Assembly (NCBI GenBank): GCA_964474205.1
Contig: CAYYRW010000006.1
Location: forward strand, 143,772 to 207,771
Source of the DNA: an uncultured Nitrospirales bacterium
GTDB lineage: Bacteria; Hydrogenedentota; Hydrogenedentia; Hydrogenedentales; CAILVY01
DNA length: 64,000 nt
Reading direction: 5' to 3'
Shown: positions 45,999 through 56,137 of the stretch, piece by piece
Numbering within the stretch: the first letter of the stretch is position 1
Layout of the letters: each line of letters opens with the position of its first letter
Program-made: the position numbers and the translations under genes
The notes under the pieces: generated by a model
Told to the model about the DNA's origin: nothing
What the model saw: only the letters and a program-made list of their open reading frames with translations
The model's database searches: none

Positions 45999-47123
45999 GT
46001 GAATTCATTGAGTCTTGTAACACGCTATATCATGAAGCAGATTTGGGTGCCGGCGCTGATTGCGCTGGTGGTGATCAGCTTTGTTTTGGTGGCGGGCGCC
46101 ATTCAGAATGAGGTGAAAGCCCTGCTGAAAGACGTGCCCATCGCCCAGATTACCATGATCGACATTTCGTGGATTTCGTTTTATTCCCTGCCCACCCTGG
46201 CCGGGTTCCTTTTCCCGGTGACCTTTCTGATGGCCATTATGCTGACCTTCAGCCGGATGGCCCAAAATAACGAAATTACCGCCCTGAAGTCCGCCGGCAT
46301 CCCCCTCAAACGCCTCATTCTGCCGGTGGTCGTGATGGGCATCGTCCTGAGCGGAGTGTGCTTTCTGGCGCTGGACTACGGGAAACCCTGGGCCTATAAA
46401 CAACTCAACAAGCTCGTGCGCAGCGATCTCCCGCTCCGCGTCACCATCGATATGCTCCCAACCGGCATCATGCATGAATATGGGGATTGGCGGATTTATG
46501 TCGGCAAGAAAGAACGGGATGGCACCCTGAAAAACATCGTGGTGCTTCAGCCCTTGCCCGACGGACGCGCCAACGCCTTCTACGCGGAATCCGCACGGCT
46601 CGTCAAGAAAGACGGCGTCTCCTCCCTGGAAATGGAACACGGCCATTATATCCAGGCGAAGAAGAAAGACCTGGTGCCGCGCACCACCTTCGAGTTGGGC
46701 AAGCGCACCGTGCCCCCCCTGAAGCCCCGGGAACTGCAGGGGGAACGCAAGGGCATGAGCATGGAGGAATTGTTCTCGGAGGAACGCGAAACGGAACAAA
46801 AATACCTTGAAACAAAAGCCATCCCCGTCGAACGCGATCTGCGCGCCTTGCGCGTGGAACTCGCCCGCCGTTTCGGATTCCCCTTGATGTGCCTCGCCGT
46901 CTGCATCGTGGGGGCCCCCATCGGAGCGCGTTCTCCCAAGACCGGCCGCTCCTTTAACTTCGCCATTGGGCTGGCCATTCTCACCGTGTATTTTGTGCTC
47001 ACCAAGGCCACCGAGCCGCGCGGGCTCCTGCCCTTCTGGCAGGTGATCCTGATCACCCAGGCCCCCAATCTGCTCCTGGGCGGATTGGGCACCTATCTCA
47101 TCTGGCGGGTGGACCGCGTATGA
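45999..47123 (+). CDS. lptF: LPS export ABC permease LptF/LptG family (YjgP/YjgQ)
   Basis: GTG start. VTRYIMKQIW... is typical of LptF/G N-termini. Six TM segments plus a periplasmic beta-jellyroll region. Confidence 0.8.
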   Translation: MNSLSLVTRYIMKQIWVPALIALVVISFVLVAGAIQNEVKALLKDVPIAQITMIDISWISFYSLPTLAGFLFPVTFLMAIMLTFSRMAQNNEITALKSAGIPLKRLILPVVVMGIVLSGVCFLALDYGKPWAYKQLNKLVRSDLPLRVTIDMLPTGIMHEYGDWRIYVGKKERDGTLKNIVVLQPLPDGRANAFYAESARLVKKDGVSSLEMEHGHYIQAKKKDLVPRTTFELGKRTVPPLKPRELQGERKGMSMEELFSEERETEQKYLETKAIPVERDLRALRVELARRFGFPLMCLAVCIVGAPIGARSPKTGRSFNFAIGLAILTVYFVLTKATEPRGLLPFWQVILITQAPNLLLGGLGTYLIWRVDRV

Positions 47124-48208
47124 CTCTGCTCGACCGATATCTTACCCGCCGCGTCCTGCTCAATCTCCTGCAATTGATGACCGCCATGATCTTCATTTAT
47201 GTGGCCATCGACTTTTTAACGGCCCGGCAGACGAACATTTCAAAATACGACATCCCCTTCTTGATGGTCCTCAAGTTCTATTGTGCACAAATACCCATGG
47301 TCCTCTTCCAATACCAGACGGCGGCCCTGGCGGTCCTGGTGGCCGGGTTGATGGTGCTCGGAAAAGCCGCGCAAGACCAGGAAATCACCGCCGCCCTCGC
47401 CGGCGGGATCAGCCTGCGCCGCATTGTGCGCGCCCCCGTGGCCGCCGCCCTGCTCGTGGCCGTGGCGGCCTTCTTTATCGAGGACACGCTGGGCGTACGC
47501 GCGGCACAGTGGCTGGCGCGCATGGACCGGGAGTATTTTTCCCAGTTTCATAAACCGGACAACCCGGGCATCAGTTGGACCAATCTGGGCGGCGAATGGA
47601 CCTGCCACATTCTCAAATTCAATCATGACGCCCTGACGGGACAGGACGTGTACATCCATTCCATCGCGCGCGATGTGGTGAAGGAGATTCGCGCAAAACG
47701 CATTTATTGGGATGAAACCAAGAGCCAGTGGATGCTCGAAGACGGGCGCTGGTTCACCTTCAACCCCAATCAGGAATGGGAACAGAAAGTGGACCGCATC
47801 ACCCAAATCCCCGCCCCCTTTTCAGAGAGCCCCGCCGAACTGTTCGCCCTCGAAAAACCCCCCACCCAAAAATCCCTGGCCGCCCTCCGGCGCGATTTGC
47901 GCCATGCCGGCGCCATGGGCATGCCCGTAAATGCGCACTGGGTCGATTTCCACGCCAAACTCGCACGGCCCGCTCTGTGCTTCGTCATGATCTGGCTCGC
48001 CATTCCATTCGCCATCCGGCTCCGCCGCGGCGGCATAATGATGGGATTCGGACTCAGCATCGGCATCGGCCTCGCCTACCTCATGCTCTTCTACATCACC
48101 ATGGGCCTCGGCCACCTTGACAAACTCACCCCCGTCATCGCCGCATGGTTCGCCAACGCCGTATTCCTCATCACAGGGCTCATCCTCTTCCGGAAAACAC
48201 CCACCTGA
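47120..48208 (+). CDS. lptG: LPS export ABC permease LptG/LptF family (second paralogue)
   Basis: MTLLDRYLTRRVLLNLLQLMTAMIFIYVAIDFL. It overlaps the previous gene by 4 nt. Confidence 0.8.
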   Translation: MTLLDRYLTRRVLLNLLQLMTAMIFIYVAIDFLTARQTNISKYDIPFLMVLKFYCAQIPMVLFQYQTAALAVLVAGLMVLGKAAQDQEITAALAGGISLRRIVRAPVAAALLVAVAAFFIEDTLGVRAAQWLARMDREYFSQFHKPDNPGISWTNLGGEWTCHILKFNHDALTGQDVYIHSIARDVVKEIRAKRIYWDETKSQWMLEDGRWFTFNPNQEWEQKVDRITQIPAPFSESPAELFALEKPPTQKSLAALRRDLRHAGAMGMPVNAHWVDFHAKLARPALCFVMIWLAIPFAIRLRRGGIMMGFGLSIGIGLAYLMLFYITMGLGHLDKLTPVIAAWFANAVFLITGLILFRKTPT

Positions 48209-48338
48209 GCCATCGCCCGCCCCCATCACACAAACCAACCGCCCTCAGCGGTTCTGCCCCCCTTTCATTTCAATCCACGCGGCCCGGAAAACATATTTTT
48301 CGCATATATTTGCCTGCTTTGTGGCAGATAATAACAAG

Positions 48339-48367
48339 TTGACTCATACGCCGGAAAGTAGTACATT
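48339..48367 (+). promoter_or_regulatory. Candidate promoter of the cas operon
   Basis: TTGACT (48339-48344), 17 nt, TACATT (48362-48367), ~90 nt before cas3. Confidence 0.3.
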
Positions 48368-48454
48368 ACCGTTACCGGATGGGATTATCCACTCTATACT
48401 GATGGTTGTGTTGGTTGTTCGTAAAAATTGTATTTAGGCAAGAAAGGGGACTGA

Positions 48455-51145
48455 ATGGATTTGTGTAGGCCGGATACCAAACGATGGATTCCGGAGCTAT
48501 GGGCCAAGACCGATTGTTCAGGTGATACGTTTTCTTACCATCCCTTATTGTTTCACATGCTTGACGTTGCGGCGGTAGCTGGCTTTGTTTGGGATTATCA
48601 TCTGAATTCCAGATTTCGCAATAGAATAGAGCATATACTTCAAGTTACGGAACCTCGCACGTTTATCATGTTTATTGCGGGTGCTCATGATATAGGCAAG
48701 GCAAACCCAAGTTTTCAAAAACGAATTATTAAAATCGCAGAAGGATCAGGACTTCCGTTCTCCAAAAATGATCAAGAGCGACCTCACGGATTCATCAGTG
48801 CCCATGTTTTGGGTGAGTTTCTTGGCGCGGGCTCGGTTTCAGCCCTATTGGGACAGATTGCAGGCGGGCACCATGGTGTCTTTCCACAGTCAATGTATCT
48901 TCAAATGGGAAGAGACTCGATGGGGAATAACGAATGGAAAAATGCTCGGCAAAATCTATTGAGGGAACTTGCCAAAATAGTAGGTTTTGATCATAATAAG
49001 ATAGCCCAATCCCAAAAAGAAATATCGGACCCGATAGTCATTCCGATGCTTGCTGGATTAATTTCGGTCGTGGATTGGATTGGGTCGAATCAAGAGTTTT
49101 TCCCGTGCGCAGCAAAGCGGGGAGAATCCTATTCACTTTGTGCGGAGGAATACTGGGAGAAAGCGAAAAAACAGGCAAAAGAGGCTCTTGAAACACTTGG
49201 CTGGCTACCCAGCGTCACTTATGCACAAGAGGTCGCATTCAAAGATGTCTTTCATGAGTTTGTGCCAAATGCTTTACAGCATACGGTAATCAAACTTATA
49301 TCAAAACGAGATTCGCCCTATTGCATTATTATAGAAGCTCCCATGGGCCATGGAAAAACAGAAGCGGCGCTTTTCGCGGCGGATCTTGCCCTGTGCCGGG
49401 GATTTGCTCGGGGTATGTATGTTGCCATGCCGACTCAAGCCACAGGTAATGCAATGTTCAAGCGGGTATTGGACGATTACCTAAAACATCGTGGGCATCA
49501 GGGCAAGCTGAATCTACAACTCATTCATGGCGACGCATTACTTGCTCAAATAGCAGAAGTCAAAGAGGGTGAAATTCCAAAGTTCACGCCTAACGATATC
49601 GGCGAGGAAGAAGGCGATGTGGAAGCGCAGGCTTGGTTTACTGCGAAGAAGCGGCCATTGTTAGCGCCATTTGGTGTTGGTACTATCGACCAAAGTCTTC
49701 TGAGTGTTCTTCAGACCAAACACTGGTTCGTGCGACTGTTCGGTTTATCAGGAAAAGTTATCATTTTCGACGAGGTCCATGCCTACGATGCCTACATGAG
49801 CACAATTATTGAGCGCCTCCTACACTGGCTCGCCGAACTGGACTGTACAGTCATTCTTCTGTCGGCAACACTTCCAGAAGCCAAGCGCAAGTCACTCGCA
49901 AAGGCCTATTCTGGCCGCGAGGATGTAGAATACAAACCTTATCCGCGTATTACACTGGCTCACCCACGACATTACCCCGTTGAACAAACGGATGAAAAGA
50001 CAGTCTGCGCGGAAGTTCCGATAAACGATACGCGTCAGGTTAACCTGCTATTCGGAAAAACCGACCTGGAATCCCTGAAAGGAACTCTGGCTGAGAGACT
50101 AGAGTATGGCGGGTGCGCCGCCGTGATCTGCAACACGGTCAGCCGGTCCATAGAGGTCTATAAACACTTACGGGATAATCTACAGAATACGGAGTGTTCG
50201 CTTTTCCATGCCCGCACGCTTCAGATGTGGCGGCGTGAGCGCGAAGAGGAAGTTTTGCTTAAATTTGGCAAGCGAAGTCCAAAGGACAGACCTCAGCGTG
50301 CCGTACTTGTCGCTACGCAGGTGATTGAGCAGAGCCTTGATCTGGATTTTGACTTCATGGTCTCGGAGATCGCCCCCGTAGACTTGTTGCTCCAACGTTC
50401 GGGAAGACTTCACCGCCATAATCGTCAGCGTCCGCTGAAGCTGGAAAAACCACAGTTCCTTGTGCTCTGTGACGCCGAAAAGGCTGGACCTCCGCCCGAG
50501 TCTTTCGGCACAAGTATAGAGTTTGTTTACGACCGCTATATTCTTCTCCGCACTTGGTTGACACTGCGAGAGCGGGACAAAATTGAAGTTCCAACTGAAA
50601 TCGAGGCGTTCGTAGAAGCGGTGTATGGGTTTGAAGTTACCCCCAACAATGGTGATTGGCTTGTGGCTCTGTCTGATTCAAAACACAATATGGAATTCGA
50701 ACGCGCTGAATCTGAAAATTCAGCATTACGATTACTGGTCTCAAAACCCAAAGTTCCATCCGATCTCATCGATCAATTTAATGAGCAGTTGGTAGATGAT
50801 GATGACCCTGAAATCCATAAGACCGTTAGGGCGGCTACACGGGAAGGCGACCCCTCGATCACAGTCGTGATGCTGCCAGCGAACACAGCACTCTTAAGCG
50901 AGCCCAACATTCCCGAAATCAGAAGAATGCTCGACCAATCGGCTAAGATCAGCCATCGTGGCGTATTTCATGGAATATGTACGAAAGGGGTAACACCCAG
51001 GGAATGGGCAAAAAATGCCCATCTGCGTCATGCCCGCCTCTTGCGGCTAGATGAGAAAAATTATGGCCGAGTGGAAAATTACACATTGCTGGCAGATGAG
51101 AAGGTGGGCATAGTGATACTTAAGGAGGGTGAAAATTATGGCTGA
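48455..51145 (+). CDS. cas3: CRISPR-associated helicase/nuclease Cas3 (HD + SF2 helicase), type I-E
   Basis: The HD domain has LLFHMLDVAAV and HDIGKANPSFQ. Helicase motifs: EAPMGHGKTEAAL (Walker A), IFDEVHAYD (DExH), SATLP. Confidence 0.95.
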   Translation: MDLCRPDTKRWIPELWAKTDCSGDTFSYHPLLFHMLDVAAVAGFVWDYHLNSRFRNRIEHILQVTEPRTFIMFIAGAHDIGKANPSFQKRIIKIAEGSGLPFSKNDQERPHGFISAHVLGEFLGAGSVSALLGQIAGGHHGVFPQSMYLQMGRDSMGNNEWKNARQNLLRELAKIVGFDHNKIAQSQKEISDPIVIPMLAGLISVVDWIGSNQEFFPCAAKRGESYSLCAEEYWEKAKKQAKEALETLGWLPSVTYAQEVAFKDVFHEFVPNALQHTVIKLISKRDSPYCIIIEAPMGHGKTEAALFAADLALCRGFARGMYVAMPTQATGNAMFKRVLDDYLKHRGHQGKLNLQLIHGDALLAQIAEVKEGEIPKFTPNDIGEEEGDVEAQAWFTAKKRPLLAPFGVGTIDQSLLSVLQTKHWFVRLFGLSGKVIIFDEVHAYDAYMSTIIERLLHWLAELDCTVILLSATLPEAKRKSLAKAYSGREDVEYKPYPRITLAHPRHYPVEQTDEKTVCAEVPINDTRQVNLLFGKTDLESLKGTLAERLEYGGCAAVICNTVSRSIEVYKHLRDNLQNTECSLFHARTLQMWRREREEEVLLKFGKRSPKDRPQRAVLVATQVIEQSLDLDFDFMVSEIAPVDLLLQRSGRLHRHNRQRPLKLEKPQFLVLCDAEKAGPPPESFGTSIEFVYDRYILLRTWLTLRERDKIEVPTEIEAFVEAVYGFEVTPNNGDWLVALSDSKHNMEFERAESENSALRLLVSKPKVPSDLIDQFNEQLVDDDDPEIHKTVRAATREGDPSITVVMLPANTALLSEPNIPEIRRMLDQSAKISHRGVFHGICTKGVTPREWAKNAHLRHARLLRLDEKNYGRVENYTLLADEKVGIVILKEGENYG

Positions 51146-52772
51146 GTATAATTTGATTGAAGAACCTTGGATTCCGTGCATCGACCTTGAGAATAACCGG
51201 CTCGAATACGGCATACGTGACACACTACTGAAAGCTCATGAGTTGCGTGAGATTTGCGACGATTCGCCGTTGGTCACGGTGGCTATACATAGACTGCTTT
51301 TAGCAGTGCTCTATCGGGGGTTAAATGGGCCCAAAGAATTTTCATCATGGAAGAAACTATACGCAAAAGGCTCATTTATCGAACATACGATTCAAGAGTA
51401 TTTTGATAAGTGGAAGCAACGTTTTGATATCCTGGCGGAAAACCATCCATTTTTCCAGATGGGACAATTTGAGACAAAGAAAGCAACCTCTGTTAATCGT
51501 CTTGCAACGGAATGTGCAAGCGGCAACAACGCGACCCTTTTTGACCATAGTAGTGACGAAGAAGAAGTTTTCTGGCTGCCTGCCAGAACTGCGAAATACT
51601 TGGTTGCCTGTCAGTCATTTGCTCTAGGTTTTGGAAAGAGCGGAAATGCAACGATAAATGGAAAAGACGAGACATTGCCCTATTCTTCTGATGCGATAGC
51701 GTTGCGCGGTATAAATATTTGGCTTCAGGGTTCAAATCTTTTCGAAACCCTGATGGTCAATCTGGTTCCCACCGAAGACGACTCATTGCCACCCTGGGAA
51801 CTGGAAAATTCTAACACGCACCGTGACAGACTTCAGGGTAAGAATAAGAAAGCGGTCACCTCCCTGGGCGTTGTAGATCGTTTAACCTGGCAAAGTCGGC
51901 TCATACGACTTATTCCTACTAATTCGACAATTTCAAAGATGTATTTCACACAGGGTCGTTCTGCGGATAAATCCACAGGAGATCCCATGAAAGTCTATCG
52001 TACATCGAGGGTGGAAGGGGTTTCAGCCTTACCGCTCAATAGCGGTAAGGCAGCATGGCGGGATGCTCATTCAATCCTCACAATTCCAAAAGCAGGCAGC
52101 AATGAGCGAAGGCCTGAATGCTTCAATCTTATAGATCGTGCTCGTTCCGCAGCCGTTATCGGTATTTCAAAGCCATTTATGGCTCAGATCGTTGGTTTAG
52201 CATCAGCACCCGGAAAGTCCGGAAAGTTTCTTCTTTGGCGGCACGAACGGATGCCTGTATCTGCCGCCTTATTAGCCGATGTTGACCTGATCGAACGGCT
52301 CGGAGGTTTGCTCCAGATAGCAGAATACGCTGCGTTTGAACTCAACAGCAGAACGAGGCGGATCGCTACACTCTACCTATCACCCAATAGCGACTCTCAA
52401 GGCGGCCACCATCCCGAAAAAGATAAAAGTGCAAAACTTGTTGAGTCAATCGATCCCTCGCCCGCCTACTGGGCTCGGTTGGAGAAACACTTTTTTAGTC
52501 TATTAGAAAATCTCCCCAACGATTGGGATGAGACCAATGGAGACTGGAGACCGGATAATCAGCAAGAAGCTACCCGAATGTGGCGTATCCATGTGAAGGA
52601 AGAAGCCCAACGAGCACTAGAAGAAAGCATTCGGACGCTTGGCACGACCGCGCGGGCGATTCAGGCCATCGCACGCGTTCGTACCGATTTCAACGATGAT
52701 GACCTCAAGCCCCCCCCGCAGAAAGCGGGCATGGCGAAAGGAAAAGAGAAAGGAGGAAAGAAGAAAAGATGA
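51138..52772 (+). CDS. cse1: Cse1/CasA (Cas8e) Cascade large subunit
   Basis: MAEYNLIEEPWIPCIDLENNR... is the typical Cse1 N-terminus. The start ATG 51138 has TAAGGAGG 9 nt upstream. It sits between cas3 and cse2. Confidence 0.85.
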   Translation: MAEYNLIEEPWIPCIDLENNRLEYGIRDTLLKAHELREICDDSPLVTVAIHRLLLAVLYRGLNGPKEFSSWKKLYAKGSFIEHTIQEYFDKWKQRFDILAENHPFFQMGQFETKKATSVNRLATECASGNNATLFDHSSDEEEVFWLPARTAKYLVACQSFALGFGKSGNATINGKDETLPYSSDAIALRGINIWLQGSNLFETLMVNLVPTEDDSLPPWELENSNTHRDRLQGKNKKAVTSLGVVDRLTWQSRLIRLIPTNSTISKMYFTQGRSADKSTGDPMKVYRTSRVEGVSALPLNSGKAAWRDAHSILTIPKAGSNERRPECFNLIDRARSAAVIGISKPFMAQIVGLASAPGKSGKFLLWRHERMPVSAALLADVDLIERLGGLLQIAEYAAFELNSRTRRIATLYLSPNSDSQGGHHPEKDKSAKLVESIDPSPAYWARLEKHFFSLLENLPNDWDETNGDWRPDNQQEATRMWRIHVKEEAQRALEESIRTLGTTARAIQAIARVRTDFNDDDLKPPPQKAGMAKGKEKGGKKKR

Positions 52773-53314
52773 GCCTCGATGCGAGACAAAAAAACTTCAT
52801 AGGCTACCTGCTGAATCTTGCAAAAGAAGGGCAGGAAGACCGGGGTGCGCTCGCTGACCTGCGGAGCGGCCTGGGAAAGAAACCTGGCGAGATGTCCCAC
52901 GTTCACAAGTATGTTGTGCCCTATTTGCCAGAGGACAAATACAAAGATCGTTGGTATTACCTAATTGCGACACTTTTTGGGCTATACCCAAAGCGTCGCA
53001 AGGGGTATAGCCTGGGAGCGGCATTTTGCCCGCTAAAACAAAACAGTGACAGCATGGAGGCACGTTTTGTTGCCTTGCTTAACGCACACCCAGATGATCT
53101 TGGTGATCATTTACGGCATGTAATTAGTCTTCTTAAAGCAAAGGGGCAACCATTGGATTGGTTCCTGTTGTTTAGTGATTTGCTTCACTGGGACCACCAG
53201 GATGGATATGTCCAATTGGGTTGGGCACGGGATTTTTATAAAGGTTTCGAAAAACCAAGTGAAAACAAAAACAACATAAATGACGAAGACTTACAAAAAC
53301 AGGAGAAGGAATAA
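52769..53314 (+). CDS. cse2: Cse2/CasB (Cas11e) Cascade small subunit
   Basis: 181 aa, basic and alpha-helical. Assigned by position between cse1 and cas7e, with 4-nt overlap. Confidence 0.8.
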   Translation: MSLDARQKNFIGYLLNLAKEGQEDRGALADLRSGLGKKPGEMSHVHKYVVPYLPEDKYKDRWYYLIATLFGLYPKRRKGYSLGAAFCPLKQNSDSMEARFVALLNAHPDDLGDHLRHVISLLKAKGQPLDWFLLFSDLLHWDHQDGYVQLGWARDFYKGFEKPSENKNNINDEDLQKQEKE

Positions 53315-53318
53315 AGCC

Positions 53319-54728
53319 ATGAGTGATTCCGGCATCAAGATTGAAGTACACCTGATTCAGAATTTTGCCCCATCGAATCTTAACCGCGACGATACCGGCC
53401 AACCCAAAAGCGCTACCTTCGGCTACTGTCGGCGGGCGCGTATATCCAGTCAGAGCGGCAAACGTGCAGTACGCATGTGGTGGAAGGAACGGGGAACGAT
53501 CTCCGTTGGAAACCGGACGAAACGGCTTCAAGAGAAACTATTTTTGGAGTTGGGTAGGGATAAGAGCTTCCTTGACAATGATCAAAATGACGAATTTCTA
53601 AAGGAAGGTATTCGGGTGTTTACCGACACCTATTATGCTGCATCTGACAAAAAGGAAGCTGAGCAAACTACTGTACTAATCTTTATTGGCCCTGACGAGA
53701 TCGCGGAATGCGCAAAGGTGATAAAGGAACTGTGGAAAAACCCGCAATCTGGAACGAAGACGGAGGACACGAATTCGGAAAATAATAAAGGAAAAAAGAA
53801 AAGTGCCCCCAAAAAAACAGAACAGGCTGGAATTGCAGCTATTGTCTTGAAACGCCGCGAGCATGATGAAAAGATTGGAAAAACCTCAGAGACGGGCGAA
53901 AATGGAGATATCTCCGAAAAGGACAATGAGGAAGACGAGGCTGAAGGAAGTGCGAGCAAAAAGAAAGATGACAAGGAGATCAAGCTTAAGGCCACGGACG
54001 AGGTAACAAACCGAATCAAGAACGCTCAAATCTCCGCGGACATCGCTCTCTTTGGACGCATGCTTGCCGAGCAGCCGGGCCGCAACACGGATGGTTCTTG
54101 CCAAGTCGCCCACCCCATATCCACTCACAAAGTAGACATGGAGATGGATTTTTTCACTGCTGTAGATGATCTGAATCCAAAGGAGGAAACCGGATCTGCG
54201 ATGATGGGTGTAGTCGGCTTTAACAGCGCTTGCTATTACCGCTACGCGCTCGTCGACCGAGATCAACTGGCCCGTAATATCGCTCGCAAAACGAATCGCA
54301 AGAACGGTTCTTGGGAACAGGACCTTGACGCAAACGATTACGAAGAAGCTGACAAAGTCGCCAAGGCCTTTCTTGAAGCAATGGTTTACGCCATTCCGAC
54401 CGGCAAACAGAACTCCTTTGCCGCGCAAAACCTCCCATCCTTCGGCTTGTTTGTGAGGCGACAAGGAGGAGTTCCCATCTCGCTTGCCAACGCATTCAGC
54501 AAACCCGTACGCCCCACAAAAGACGATGACGATCTTATCGGCCTTTCAATAGCCGCGCTGACACGTCATTGGGATGAACTGAAGAAAGCCTATGGCGACC
54601 AAGGTATAGTAAGCACCTCATGCTTTCATATTGGGCAAAAAGACCGCCTCAATAGCCTCGCCTCTTCCGATGAGGGAAGCGTTGATAATGCAATCAAAAT
54701 GGCCTTGGAGGTCAATAAAAAACCATGA
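53319..54728 (+). CDS. cas7e: Cas7e/CasC Cascade backbone subunit carrying an unusual ~100-aa charged low-complexity insertion
   Basis: IEVHLIQNFAPSNLNRDDTGQPKSATFGYCRRARISSQSGKRAVR is the Cas7e N-terminal signature. The start at 53319 has AGGAGAAGGA upstream. The insertion NSENNKGKKKSAPKK...EKDNEEDEAEGSASKKKDDKEIKLK spans 53760-53990. Confidence 0.9.
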   Translation: MSDSGIKIEVHLIQNFAPSNLNRDDTGQPKSATFGYCRRARISSQSGKRAVRMWWKERGTISVGNRTKRLQEKLFLELGRDKSFLDNDQNDEFLKEGIRVFTDTYYAASDKKEAEQTTVLIFIGPDEIAECAKVIKELWKNPQSGTKTEDTNSENNKGKKKSAPKKTEQAGIAAIVLKRREHDEKIGKTSETGENGDISEKDNEEDEAEGSASKKKDDKEIKLKATDEVTNRIKNAQISADIALFGRMLAEQPGRNTDGSCQVAHPISTHKVDMEMDFFTAVDDLNPKEETGSAMMGVVGFNSACYYRYALVDRDQLARNIARKTNRKNGSWEQDLDANDYEEADKVAKAFLEAMVYAIPTGKQNSFAAQNLPSFGLFVRRQGGVPISLANAFSKPVRPTKDDDDLIGLSIAALTRHWDELKKAYGDQGIVSTSCFHIGQKDRLNSLASSDEGSVDNAIKMALEVNKKP

Positions 54729-55351
54729 GTGAAATCCATACCCTTCTTATACGGCTTGAAGGGCCTATGCAATCATGGGGCTATCGCAGCCGTTTTGACT
54801 GCCGCGACACCGCACTTGAGCCGACCCGTAGCGGAATGATCGGCTTGATCTGTGCCGCCATGGGGATTGCCCGAGGTGAGGATATTTCTCGATTCGATGC
54901 GATTCGCATGGGTGTCCGCGTAGACCAACAAGGTAGGCCCGAATGCGACTACCAAACTGCACTTGACGTAATTAAGGCAGATGGAAAAGGAAAAGACACC
55001 GTCCAGTCTTGGCGTGATTACCTTGCCGACGCTTCATTCACAGTTGGTTTGGAGTCGAGGGATCTTAACCTGTTGTGCGAAATAGCAGGGGCTCTACAGT
55101 CGCCCATTTGGCCGTTATTTCTGGGACGAAAAGCATTCCCGCTTTCGGTTCCTCCTATCTGTGAAAAGGACCCTATCAAGCCCGGCGTTTTAGAGGACCA
55201 TCTTTTGAGCGGAACAACAAATGATCGTGTTGTTTTAGAAGCAAGTGATGGTGAAAGAAGTCAAAATGACTGGCCTTTGTGTTTTGGTGAGCGTCACTTT
55301 AAGCCACGCGCTCTTCACACGGCGTTTGACAAGAAAGGAGACCATGAATGA
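54725..55351 (+). CDS. cas5e: Cas5e/CasD
   Basis: MSEIHTLLIRLEGPMQSWGYRSRFDCRDTALEPTRSGMIGLICAAMG is the Cas5e N-terminal signature (LRLxGPMQSWG). Confidence 0.9.
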   Translation: MSEIHTLLIRLEGPMQSWGYRSRFDCRDTALEPTRSGMIGLICAAMGIARGEDISRFDAIRMGVRVDQQGRPECDYQTALDVIKADGKGKDTVQSWRDYLADASFTVGLESRDLNLLCEIAGALQSPIWPLFLGRKAFPLSVPPICEKDPIKPGVLEDHLLSGTTNDRVVLEASDGERSQNDWPLCFGERHFKPRALHTAFDKKGDHE

Positions 55352-56136
55352 CAGCGTGCAACGATGCCCCGCTTTATCTTTCAAGGCTTTTTTTAAATCC
55401 CGGTTCTCGTCAAATTTGGAAAGAGTTGGCGGAACCTTACGAGATGCACAGGACTTTGATGCATGCTTTTGAACAGCACCCTATTATGAAAGGACAAAAT
55501 GCACGGGAGCTTTTTAACGTTCTTTTTCGGGCTGATACAGAAGAACGCCGAGACTGGGTATCCGTATATGTTCAATCCACAGTGGAACCAGACTGGAGTT
55601 TTCTACATAAACACAGGGACTATCTCGCGTCTGACGCCCCAAGACCAAACCCGGCTTTAAAGAATGTAACAGAGTCCTACAAGATGCTTAAGTGTGGGCA
55701 GCTATTAACCTTTCGATTGCGCGCCAATCCAACCAAACGCATATCAAAGCCAATCAATGGCAACGAGGCATTGAAGGGAAAGCGTGTTGGTTTGTTGCGG
55801 GAAGAAGAACAAATCGCGTGGCTTATCAGAAAAGGGCATGAACGAGAAAAGGGCATTTCCGGCGGTTTTGAAATCCTGGAGAGAAAAGTAAAGGATGATA
55901 ATGGCAACGTCCGGTTAGTTCCCTGTGTTACCGTGAGTCAAGAAGGCAAGCAAGATGGGCGAAAACGCGAAGAGGGCCAACCGCATAAAACAACACATCT
56001 GGCAGTTATTTTTGATGGGATATTGCGTATCACGGATGCTGATGCCTTCCGCAACACTCTTATCTCGGGTATTGGTTCGGGGAAGGCGTTTGGATTTGGG
56101 TTGTTGAGTGTGGCGAGGTGCCGGGGGCAGGGATAA
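55348..56136 (+). CDS. cas6e: Cas6e/CasE pre-crRNA endoribonuclease
   Basis: PLYLSRLFLNPGSRQIWKELAEPYEMHRTLMHAF and a C-terminal G-rich loop GIGSGKAFGFGLL. It is about 60 aa longer than E. coli CasE. Confidence 0.85.
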   Translation: MTACNDAPLYLSRLFLNPGSRQIWKELAEPYEMHRTLMHAFEQHPIMKGQNARELFNVLFRADTEERRDWVSVYVQSTVEPDWSFLHKHRDYLASDAPRPNPALKNVTESYKMLKCGQLLTFRLRANPTKRISKPINGNEALKGKRVGLLREEEQIAWLIRKGHEREKGISGGFEILERKVKDDNGNVRLVPCVTVSQEGKQDGRKREEGQPHKTTHLAVIFDGILRITDADAFRNTLISGIGSGKAFGFGLLSVARCRGQG

Positions 56137-56137
56137 T

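Noticed and set aside
46005-48238. Minus-strand ORFs 46005..46799, 46646..47092, 47240..47806, 47822..48238 and Arg/Pro-rich plus-strand ORFs 47281-48120
   Set aside because: Alternative-frame or antisense readings of lptF/lptG, with no domain content.
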